DNA of 64,000 nucleotides from Daphnia carinata (Eukaryota): NCBI RefSeq assembly GCF_022539665.2, contig NC_081333.1, positions 10,602,001 to 10,666,000 of the forward strand, read 5' to 3'. Shown piece by piece: positions 38,801 to 50,267 of this stretch (position 1 is its first letter; each line of letters starts with the position of its first letter). The notes under the pieces were generated by a model. It saw only the letters and a program-made list of their open reading frames with translations, ran no database searches and was not told where the DNA came from. The position numbers and the translations under genes were made by a program.

Positions 38801-41034
38801 CTCGAAATACTTAACGACCCGTTTGACAAGCTAAGAGACATAAAATGTTTTAACTGCTTACAAATACATGAAATTTTTATGGCTCTACTATTCTTTCCCT
38901 TGACATTTGGCAGGTGCTTTTGGCCTACGTTTATCCAAAAGTGCACTCTGGGGGGCTATTTACCAGCCAGAAGAAGTGACGAGAAACTTGTCACCGTGGG
39001 TATTTGGCCAAAAATGAGGGACGTCCTGAGACGTCCTTTCATCATTTCCTATCTGTCGTCGCTGTGGCCTATTGACATCCTTCTATTTCTATCCTCCCCC
39101 ATGTACTAAGAGGAATGACCGAACGAAACTGAATGAATGAGGCTGAATGAATGGGCTCGTCCAGGGATCTCCTTTCCAATCGACTTTATACTCCCACGCA
39201 GTACGGCCTCGACTGTTCCAAAAACTGTGTACGTGTGTATTAGAGCTTAGGGTGTGCTGTCTCATCAGAAAACAACTATAAGATAAACAAACCCCAAACT
39301 GAATCGTCCACAGACTGCAAGCTAGGCCTATCGATCGAGTAAATAGCACAAGAGATAATGCACAAGCTGTTTGTGCTTTACTTCGAAAAGTGCTTAAATA
39401 TTTATTGTATTCCTTTAGCCTCTTTGCTCGTAGACGTTTCCTCGTTTGTTCGTTAAGTTGCATTCAATAACCTCTGATTCGGAAATCCTAGTAATATTAT
39501 TGTAATCGGAGATTCCGTTAACTATAGTGTATTCGAGCTTTTGATGGGCGTTACTCTAGTCCCCATTTTCTCGTGTAAGATATTTCAACGTACGGGAGCT
39601 GGGGGGGTGTTAAGAGGTAGCCGTAATCAATGGGTTCAGTTGACTGTATACGTAGTAGCGCCTCTTGACGTCAAATAGGCTTCAATAAATCTAAGGATAT
39701 TGAAAATGGAACCTGAACGAAAATCAAGTTATCTATCGCATACACTCCTTGCAACAGAATGGCTCTAGACAAATAATTAAGGAGCAGTCTTTTCAAACTA
39801 TTTTTGCCGACCTACGTCTATATTACAAACCCAAGTCTATTTCGACAATTTCTCGCTGTTTATTGCTTTCGGCGTTGCTAAACAATACGTTAAAATTAGT
39901 TTTACATGACTGATGTTTGTTATGGTTACCCTAAATGTACGAAAGAGCTTGAGGTTTTGTTTCTAACAACGCAAAAGTGCAAGTCAATTATCCGCACAGG
40001 CATACAGTTGACCTCACATTTGTTGGCTAGTACAATGAACTAGGGAAACAGCGATGAATCGGCACAGTGGAACTCATTTTTTATCGAAAAGCAGCACTTG
40101 ATTGTTTTAGTCAAATGATTACGCCAAGCAAATTTAAGTTGCATAAAATCTTGTATTAAAAGGGAAGCATGCACCCTCGTTCAGCTGTTTAACTGCGCAT
40201 TCGGGCCATTACCTTATCCAAGTTTGTCATATTTATGTATTATGGCAAAAGATAGATTCTAGGACGCGATGGTTCATCTGGCGTGCCATTTTTCGTTATC
40301 AGAACATAAGGCGTATAGGAATAGCGACCTTGAGTTCACGTCAAGGAAATGGTATCTTGATGAGTGATTCAGGTGTTCATTTATAGGCTATTGGCAGTTC
40401 ATAATGATTCATTGTACTCTGCAAGAGTTGACGTTGCGGTTCCGAAAGCGCACAGAAAACACCCATTCATACAGCACAAACAAACAATTGGACGAACGGC
40501 AGACATGTTCGCTTGGGGAAATCCCGGTCTTGGATGTCTTTTAAAATAAACTCATGGTTCACAATCTCAATCATGAATAGAGCTCTGTCCCGCTTTGGTC
40601 AGGTTACTGCCTTTCGGCTGTGGGGCGGATTGACGGGTTACGTATTTTATTTGCCCCGTGAGGTTACAATCGGACTGCCCAACGGCGGTACACAATCCGA
40701 TTATAAGCGACGAATTTTTTATGATATGGATATATTCTTCAAGGAACTAGTTCAATACACAATAAACAATTATTTTGTTTTACTGTTTATTTTGAAAGCA
40801 ATTAGTGTTAGTAAACCTCCACCAACCAAATACCAATCGTGATACCGATCTAAGTACCCGGTGCAAAGTGAAACTATAAGCAATACTGCTTGGCGGGGAA
40901 ATAAGGTAAGGAAAAAGGTATAAAGGCATACATTTGTGCAAGCACACAAATCACAATCGTCATCAAGGAGTGAAGTTAGCGAATGCCGATTAGGCAATAC
41001 TCAACCGTACCATCTTTGTTTTGTTTGCTAATCC

Positions 41035-42033
41035 TCATGGGCGGGAATCTCGGGGTTGGGCGGCGATCCTCGGTGCCCAGTGGTCCTCTTCGGTGGTGCT
41101 GTGGGTCCTCCTAAATGCATTTTAAAAAAAAGGCACAATATGGTTAACTACTTAAGATATAAAGATATATTTGAAAACCCTTCGTGATGGTCTAGTGGCT
41201 CCGCCGGCGATCTTCGACGTCCAGTCATCCTCTTCGTTGGTGATCTGGACCCTCCTACACCCCTGAAAGAAAACATGGTTAGACGCTTAAAAAAGAAAAA
41301 TTAATACCTGGCGAGCCTTGGCGATCCTTGGCGATGCTCTCGTTGCTCCTGTGGCGATCCTCGGAGCAGTGATCCTCCTCGGTGGTGCAGTGGGCCCTCC
41401 TAAATACATTTTAAAAAATACAAGAATTAATAAGAAATACATTGTTAAAAGAAATAATGAAGAACATGTTAAAATCAATACCTTAGAGTCCAGGGCGACG
41501 GTTCAGCGCTCCTCGAAGTCCAGTGGTCCTTTTCTATGGGGCTGTGGGCCCTCCTAAATACAAAAAAATAAATAAATAAATAAAGAAGTGCAAAAAAAAT
41601 AATAATAATTAAAAATTGCATGGTTAGACAGTAACGTTACATTTGTAACAGTTATTATCAATTGTATTGTTAACATCAATACCTTATGGTACAGGGCGAC
41701 GATCCAGAGATCCTTGGTGTCCGTGGTCCTCTTAGATGGTGCTGGGGGCTCTCCTAAATACAGTAAAAAAATATGGTTAGACAATTGAATTTTTATTAAA
41801 TATACCTTAGACTCCGTAGCGACGATCTAGTGTCGCTGGCGGCGATTCTCGGTGTCCACTCGTCCTCCTCGCTAGTGCTGTGGGCCCTTCTAAATACATT
41901 TTTAAAAAAAACTTGGTTAGACACTTAAAATAAAAAACATGTACCTTAAAATCCTTGGCGATGATCTTGGTAGCTCCGACAGCGATCCTTCGGTGTCCAC
42001 TGTCCTCTTCGGCCCTCGGAGATTGCCCTCCCC
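41035..42033 (-). repeat. Array of seven related GC-rich ~70-90 nt exon-like units separated by AT-rich intron-like spacers
   Basis: Units at about 42033-41945, 41889-41806, 41753-41683, 41553-41482, 41399-41308, 41263-41180, 41110-41035 share cores GGGCCCACAGCAC..GAGGAC.ACTGG..AGGATCG. Most have TTTAG acceptors, AG|GTA donors and a TGTCTAACCA branch-like motif in the spacer. Confidence 0.8.
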
Positions 42034-42410
42034 CTGATCGCACGAAAACGAGAAAGCAAAAAATAATAGCATTTGAGCAATTATGTATAGTTACAACTTT
42101 CAACTTAACTCTAACAGGCATCAAACACAGATATTAACACAAAGTATCAGTAAAAAAAAATTCAATAGTCAGGAGGCCATTTGGAATAATTGGGATTTGA
42201 AGTTATGGGTAGACGTATGGGTGGGGGGGGGGGGGGGCAAATTGCTTATTTTAAAAAGCAGATGTGAAAGCATAGAATCCATTGCATAAAAATGGTTAGC
42301 GAGTGGCGAATGCAGGCAAAATAACCCAATAATTTAGGAAAATGTCCGAGGCAGTGGTGTGCAAAAGAAATGGGTGAGATGGATTACGTCGTTACTTAAA
42401 GTAGATTTTG

Positions 42411-42508
42411 CCTTAATTTTAACTAGACTTACTTATTCTTAACCTTAATTTTAACTAGACTTACTTATTCATAACTTTAATTTTAACTTAGACTTACTTA
42501 CCCTTAAC
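42411..42508. repeat. Tandem minisatellite, ~32 bp x 3
   Basis: CCTTAATTTTAACTAGACTTACTTATTCTTAA repeated three times with few differences. Confidence 0.9.
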
Positions 42509-43849
42509 TTAATCTACGTTTTTCTGTTCTATCTAGGCAAATATTAGGACCCAGCAGAATACGGCTTGGCATATGCAACTAAACTAAACACGGGCAGTGG
42601 CAAGGTCAGGTGCTGATGCATTTTTTGGTGCATGATTGGTGTATCCATAAGTAATGAAAGGTATCTAGCTTGTAAACGAAACTTTAATCCATGTGCGAAA
42701 GGATGAATCAGTTTAACGGCATCAAGACCGACAAATCTACAGTAGTGCATATTGTGCAGGTGAGTGAACTACTGAGCTGGACAGGGCAAAAATGGGTTTT
42801 GATTCTCCATGCTGAATTGCCCAAGGTTATTCATGTATTCTAGGTCACTGCACGAGATCGTGTCAATCGAGGGGGAATGGCAATATCCCCGAGCTTACGA
42901 CGAAAACAAAAATGTATTTTGAAAATTACGTTCCTCTACCCTAAACTTTCCAGAACGTGGAACACGTCTGGGTGTATATAAGACAGTAGCCAACTACTAT
43001 TCACAGTCAGGCAAGGAACTTCCATTGCAACTGAGCAGTTGTCACAACGCCCTAGCTGGACGCTTTGTTTGTCAGGTATGTCGATTTTCGCTTTCTTTTG
43101 CTTCGCTTGTATTGTTTTAGCAATAGGTATACGTATTTCTACTTCGTAGAGAAAAGGTCTAAGTCTATGTAAACAAAGTATCCTACATTCTAAACATTGA
43201 CAGTCTATCCTTTTCTTTAGGGTTTTACCAACACCATAAGTGTGGCTGATTTCCCTCGGTCTCTTTATTTCATGCAGCTGAGGGAACGCATACACCATCA
43301 ATTGTCGGTAAGACTGCATTAGGCTAATACTTGACGATTGATATGTAACACTGAATTTTAGGAACGCTTAAATTAAGGAGAACTAAAATTAGTCAGTCCT
43401 GCCAGTAAAACTGTGTAACTGTACCAAGGCACCTGCCAATTGCATTCACTAACATTTTACTTACGATGTTTTTGGTGTAAGATTACATAATGACAGTGGC
43501 AGCAGTTCAATCAGGTGAGCATCTGCTCAGTTGAATAAGTAAATCTGTCGTTTCAAAGTATTCCACCTAGAAATTGAATCGTTATCTGTTTGTCCTACAG
43601 TTTTCTTCGGTGCTGAAGTTTTCTAAGTGATTATCGTGGAGCTTTCCCCTCATCATTGACCGTGCCTTAGCGCATAGCCAATCGATTGAATGAAGCTCGG
43701 TTGTAGTGGTATAATTGGTTTTTATCAACTTTGTATTAATTAAAACGGTTTTCAAAGAAATCGTGATAATCATCCAAATTGGTTTCAGATCTCTAGGCTG
43801 AACCTAACCTTCTGGACCCGACCCAACGGCAAAATACAGCCCAGATGAA

Positions 43850-43885
43850 AACCCAATCACTCGTTCTTCCAGGCGGGGCGGACTC
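43850..43885 (+). promoter_or_regulatory. CCAAT box and GC box, probable NELF-A promoter
   Basis: CCAAT near 43853 and GGGGCGG near 43875, ~380 nt upstream of the NELF-A ATG; acceptor ttttcccacag ending at 44242 suggests a 5' UTR intron. Confidence 0.35.
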
Positions 43886-44251
43886 ACAATGATGTGGCAG
43901 CGCTGTGGTATTTTCATCGTGATTTCCCGCGTCGTTTTGCTGTTTGCCTTCTACACCGTTTAAACTACGTTTTAAAGTCAGGCTGCAATGTGAACGTTGG
44001 GCGTCGTATTTATGGCTGGCCTAGAATTGCGCACAAGAGAAAAATGACGTTAGCAGCGCTCCAAGCGGCTGTTCATGTAAGCCAAGCAACAGAGCCTTGG
44101 GGGAACGCGCCGATGACGCTGTCAACCTCTATTTTTTATAACCCAGTAACACGCCTTGTAAACAGGTTGTGGAATACCATTGTACGGGCCCTGTTTGTCT
44201 AGGACGCTGTTGCATTTGTTTTCTAAAGTTTTTTTCCCACAGGGCGGAAAA

Positions 44252-46402
44252 ATGGCGTCCATAGAGAGACTCGGATACGTCACTTTGGCTCCATAATAAA
44301 CTCGGAACAAGCACAGATTCTTGGGCAGGCGGTTCTATTTGTTCTCAACTTAATCCCGAAGTGTTGAAGAATATCCAAGAATGCTTTGTCGAACTGCAAA
44401 CGCAAGTCAAACTCAAATTTCTGCTATCCTTCTTCCAGTTCTCAAGGAGGAATTTAGAAGAGGTCAGTGTCCCTTCATTTAAGTTTGAATTTGTGCTTCA
44501 GGTTCTTGTTTTGGGATTTCATGCCTTATTAAAACTTCATACATTTATTCATGTTTTAGTGGAAAACAGAATTAGAAGAAATACTGGAGGTGGCTGTTGT
44601 TGATGGTGATCCTTGGGTGGCGATGGTGGCTGAAATCCTCAAAACATACCCGGCCACTGGAGCCCTCAACATGGAAATTGGTTCTGCCACAGATGAGTAC
44701 ACTAGAAAAATATTCAACGATCTGGCAAATGATCTTCGAAAACTTGGTAATTCGAGAAAACCTGTTCCTAAATTATCTTACTCATTTTAACCTTATTGTG
44801 TTTTCTTGAACATGATTTTTAGTGAAAAAACATGGAGAAACTGGAATGCTTCCTTTGGAATGCCCATACTTGAACAAAACAGCGCTGTTCACTGTGGTTG
44901 GTCAACAGGTAATATACATTGCGTTTCGCGCCAAAAATGAAAATTATTTTAACGTTTTTCCTGTGGTAAATTTTTTGTTTTAGTCTCATCCAATTAAACA
45001 TTTTACGCTTAAGAGGAAACCAAAGTCAGCGGCGCTCCGTGCCGAACTGTTACAGAAATCCACAGATGCCCAAAATAACTTGAAAAAGAATCCTGCCCCT
45101 ACAGTTCCACTACGTTCACGAGGAATTCCACGGAAAATGACTGACACAACTCCGTTGAAAGGAATTCCTAGCCGACATATAGGAGGATTCGCATCGCCAC
45201 TTTCCCGGGCGGGATCTACGCCCACTAGCGTTGGTGCATTAGGCTCATCTCCATCCGCTGGCCCAAACCGTCCGTCCCCCCGAACTCTAGCTGGCAGGAA
45301 AGATGGTGGCATCAAACTGCTCGATATCACCGAGCAGCCAATCGGATTTGCCCAAGCCAAAAAGCGAAAGCGACAACAAGGTAACGTTCACGCTAACAGA
45401 TTTTTTCTGATTTTATTGCGAATGCTTTATTTATATATATCTTTATTTTCGTCTTTGAAGAGTTGGAAGCTGCACAGAAAGCAGCCACTGAGTCACAGGC
45501 TACTCCCCCGAATCCATCACAGCCTTTATCAGGTGAAGAATCCGAGACAGGAAGTGTCACGGAAACTCCCGAGAAAGTTACCCCGACACCGGATTATGCG
45601 GCTGGCCTACTCCCAAGCAATCCGCCACCCACGCCGGCAACCCCTGTCACACCTTTGGCCTCCACGTCCATCCCTCCTCTTACACCTTTGAAAGAGCCGC
45701 CTCGAATGGCAGCCGTACGCCCTCCGGCTGCCCCGTCAATCAGCTCTTTACCTTCAGGTTCGCTTGCTTCACCTGCTCAAGTAGTCAGGCTTGTCACAAG
45801 CCAACCACCGGCTGCGACATCAGCTGCCGCGACCGTGCCCACCGTTTACCGATTAGTCCAACCTGCAGCTACTGCTGGACAACCTATTGCAACAACGACG
45901 TCGAGTAATCAACCGGCAGCTCCACCAAAGAAGAGCGTAGCATTAATGCTCACGGTTAGTTTGATTTTTATTTCTGTTTGTGTTGATTGAATGACAAACC
46001 CTTTTTTTTTTCAATAGCGTGAGCAAATGCAGGAAGCCCAAGAAATGTTCAAAAACGCCAACAAAGTCACGCGGCCAGAAAAAGCTCTGATTCTGGGTTT
46101 CATGGCAGGTTCTCGAGGTATGAATGTAGTAGGATGTGCAGTAGTTTAAACGATGTGGCTAATTGTTTTTATTCGTTTTTCTAGAAAATCCTTGTCCTCA
46201 TCTCGGAAATATCGTCACCATCAAATTGAGCGAGGACGAAGAGATTGTAACGGCTAGTGATGGCATTACCACCACCAGAGTCGTCGAGACGCATTTCCAG
46301 ATGAACTACGCCGCCGGTGAATGGAAGCGCATTAAAAAGATGAGGAAAATGGAAGACACACCTGCCTCAGTCGCTACGGTCTTAGCAACGGCGACGGGCT
46401 AG
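44252..46402 (+). CDS. NELFA: Negative elongation factor A, 7 exons, ~563 aa after correcting a +1 frameshift near the start
   Basis: Exons 44252-44462, 44560-44746, 44823-44908, 44984-45380, 45461-45954, 46018-46117, 46185-46402. Motifs RDSDTSLWLHNKLGTS, QVKLKFLLSFFQ, DGDPWVAMVA, LPLECPYLNK, KHFTLKRKPKSAALRAELLQKS, GIKLLDITEQP, FKNANKVTRPEKALILGFMAGSRENPCP. Confidence 0.95.
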
Positions 46403-47005
46403 TTTGGAACGGTTTTCGTCTTAGTAGTCGAAGGGACTTGATCTTCTGTAAATAGCAGGATGAATGTTACAACGCAGACGCGAGTATTGAAGAGTGCGGA
46501 AGAAAAAGTAGGCCTATTATTTCCCCTTTTCCCACCTATGTTGTTGCGACTGTGGGGCGCGAAGTTTCCTTAATATGTCGGTGCCAAAGTCAATTCAACG
46601 TTTCCTCCTCCACCCCAATTCTATTTTGCACATTATTTTCTCTTCTGTATGAAATTAGTCCCATCCCAATCTTCCCTGTTTCACTTCTTCTTCCACTCTC
46701 TTCGTGTGCCCGTGGTCCGCATCTCACGAACCAAGCTGAAGCCTTAAAGGCGTTCGTACTATTCAGTATCTCAGCATTTGAAAATTGTTCATTTTTCAAA
46801 GTACAGTTTTTTGTAGTTCTCATACACACAGATTCATATGCATACATGTTCATATCACTCAAAGCGAATAAAAACCGCGATACTCTTTGTTAAGAAAACG
46901 TATGTGTATTAGAGTCAATTGAATCTTGTCGTTTAGCAGATCTACTACATACTATATATATTCGCCAGTAGTTAAAAAAAATTATAGGTGTCTTCATTAG
47001 AAAGC

Positions 47006-50000
47006 TTAACTGACGTATTTAACGGTAACAATTGTATCTAGGGTATCAGGGGCGTGCAAGAAGGGTCTTGTTCCATCAGATGCAACAAACTGATTCACTT
47101 GGCATTCAAACAGGACGGTATAGTCTAGTAGGTCGATGCAGATTTGCTAGTGAATGACAAACGGGTTAATTGGAAAGTTACATCTTCCACGAAATGTATG
47201 TAATAAATAATTGCCAGTTACCCTAGTGAGTTCGTTGGCATTGGTTGTGAAAACACCCGCGAAGCCTTTCCGTTTGGCCAGTGAAAGGATTTCTTCTTCC
47301 ATCTTCTGGATGAGATAAACATTCTCTACTGGAGTGATTGTCTCTGCCGTTGCCATCATAAAGCTATGAATCAACAAGTTTTTTCGCTTTTCAAAGTGTT
47401 TCGCTATAACCGGACCCTCGATAGACTCGAGAAATTCAAGAATATATGCCAAACGGCTAGTTTTTAGTTCGACAACTGGTTCGTCAAAAAGATCGAAATT
47501 GAGTGTCACGGCTACGATGTTTCCACTATTATCTTTGATGGCAAAGCTAAAAAGAGAACCTTTCAGAAAGGAGTGTTATGGTGAAGTTTAATTTGGTTTA
47601 ACCTCAACCCAGCTGCTACCAACGGCTCCCAGAGCTCTTCCATGAAGATTTCGTGGTCCTGGCGAGTGACGCCAATCAACAGATCAAGCTCTGATTTCTC
47701 CGAGAAGCAACGGCTGACAATCCTAACATGAAATCAATTTCTTTACGTTTCGTGCCACAAGCTTCATTATTTTAATGACGGTAAGTACCTGATAACTTCT
47801 TCCTTGACTGACGTATCGAGCGTTTCCACTATGTAACCAGAAAGTCGATGACATGTGTGTGTTTTTGTTATCAGATGTCGTTGCGAAAGTTCTGGAACTA
47901 GCTCTTTTAGCTGAGAGGCTGCTAGGAATTCGGTTAAATCTGCCATGATGTAATGGTATGAGGTCACATGAAACGATTACGTAATCATGTTCTCCGTAAC
48001 TATTGGTTACCTATGTGAAAGCCTTGATCTTTTAGCTTGGTGACCACATTGACAGCATTGAGGGAATTGCCTCCAATTTCGAAAAAATTGTCCGAAAGTT
48101 GAACAAGTCTACCAAATGAACTGCCGACTATCGAATGGACTGTCTTCAAAAGGGCTCTCTCTTCGCGACTGAATTCATTTCCCTCCCATATTTTTAAATT
48201 ATTAGTTCTGCCTGTGTTACACGCAAAGAGCCATTATCACAGTTTTTGCTATTAGATCAAGACTAAAAGTCTGTTTACCATTTTGTTTGTGGAGTTGATC
48301 AGCGTAGATGTGCATGAGTTTCTGACGATCGACTTTACCGTTGACGAGCAATGGTATCTCGTCGATTACCACAAGCTAAAAAATCGAACAGCAACAGTTG
48401 ACTGAAATCGAAGAAAAATCTCATGAACGGGAAAATTACCTTTGGCATCATATAAGATAAAAGCTTGTCTTTCACTCGCTCTTTGATTGTTTCAACGGTG
48501 GTTCCTTTTTGGATGGGTATCACAAAAGCCACGATTTCCTTTTGAGGAAGACAACAAACATAATTAGCTTGGCAAAAACTGTTGATGCCGAAAGTCAAAA
48601 GATTCCACTATGACAGACCTGCTCAGGTTCTCCAGGTTTGTAACTAAGAACAACACACGTCGAGACCAGTTTGCTACCTTCAATGGCAGCATTAATTTCA
48701 CTCAGATCAACACGGTGGCCTCGGATTTTGACTTGCGAATCAGCGCGCCCGAAATAGTAAAGTTGGCCATTGATGATCTTGCCGTAGTCACCCGTTCGAA
48801 ACATTACGTCGTAACCTTTCAAAGAGTTAGTTATTTTAAAATGATTTTTTCAAGAAGTAACTATTTAAACCCAATGAAGACCTGGAGTGCTGTCAACTTG
48901 ATTTTTCACGAAACGTTCCATTTCCCGGTTTCTGACGTAACCCGAACACAGGTGACTTCCAGCAACGTAGAGCTCTCCAATTTCGCCGTCATCTACAAGC
49001 TCTTTTGAGGCGTCCAACAGGTATATGGCACAGTTATCCATGGGTTTACCTATTGTCACCGGTTTCATACCGTTCAGTGTTAGTCAAATTGGGTCTTCTG
49101 TATTCGGACTATAACTATACTCGTACCAATAGGAATCTTTTCCTCAATCAAAGAGGCTAGCACATCTTCGCGGGATCTGAAAGTGGCATAGGTGACGTCA
49201 CCCATTAATTCAGTGCTGCCGTAATAATTGGAAATAACTGTGCCGGCCGGAAAACAATCGTAGAATTCGAGAAGTAGCTCGCCAGTGAGAATTTCTCCTG
49301 AACAAACCCACGTCTTGAGATGTTGAAGAGGATAATATCCATTATCGGTAAGTGGCAAAGACAAGTCCGTCGTTCGGGTACGAGATTTCAAAAGGGTTAG
49401 CATCGCTTTGAGAAGCGATGGGACTAAGACGAGGCGCGTTATTTTGCATTGATCCAGGAGATCGATGAAACGCTGTGCGTCCTGAATGACGGGCTTGGAC
49501 ACGACCTCAACTGGTTGCCCGATCAATAAGGGAGCCCAAATTTCAGCGATGGAGTCAACGAACGTAAGAGCCGTTTTGAAACAGCCCACCTCTGTGGAAT
49601 GGAAAGGAAAAGTGCGCCACTGCCAATTGAGTCGGTGGAGTATTGTTGCGTGCTCCAGACGGACGCCTTTGGGAACTCCCGTCGATCCCGAAGTGTAAAG
49701 CACAGCTGCCAAAACATTTCGTACTCGTGGAGCAGTTTCATTTCCTCTTGTCTCTGCGTTGAATACGATATATGCTTCACTGCTCTCCTTGTTTTCGAGA
49801 TCAAAGACGGGCATGTTGAGCCCAACAACGACGGAAGCAAAAGCCGTTGCTCGCAGAATGGATCCGGCGGTGAGCAGTAAAATAGGTTGGGCATCTCGAA
49901 GGATATGGGAGACTCTATCAGCTGGGAATGTCGGGTCGAGCGGCAGGTAAGCGGCGCCAATTTTGAAAATGGCCAACAAACTAACAATTAGCTCGATATC

Positions 50001-50267
50001 AGGAAACAGGTTGACCGCCACGATCTTGTCACCATCCGGCTGCGGCAGTAATTCAATAATACGCGCCAATCGCTCTGCCAGTTCCGTTGCTTTAGTGTTC
50101 AGCTCGGCAAAGGTGATGGCCTGTCCGCTGTCACGCAATGCTTCGCGCATAGCTAGTTTTGGATTGTCTGACAGAGCTTTGTTCAGGACTGCGTCCAACG
50201 TCAAACACTCTCCACCTTCACAGCGGATTGCCTGGCTTTCTCCGCGAAGAAATGATCGTCCGTCCAT
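47006..50267 (-). CDS. ebony: Ebony-type NRPS (beta-alanyl-amine synthetase), copy 1; A domain, PCP, AANAT-like C-terminal domain; 10 exons, ~879 aa
   Basis: Exons 50267-49127, 49049-48882, 48815-48619, 48538-48440, 48375-48279, 48211-48011, 47939-47789, 47722-47603, 47546-47222, 47146-47006 (2640 nt, in frame). Motifs [101 protein letters not shown]. Confidence 0.95.

Noticed and set aside
41035..42033. Repeat-spacer pattern superficially like a CRISPR array
   Set aside because: Eukaryotic context; the repeats are long, diverged and bounded by splice signals, and no cas genes are present.
43801..43810. AACCTAACCT as a telomerase RNA template for TTAGG repeats
   Set aside because: Short motif common in arthropod DNA; the weak PSE-like sequence upstream is too close, and no supporting structure was seen.
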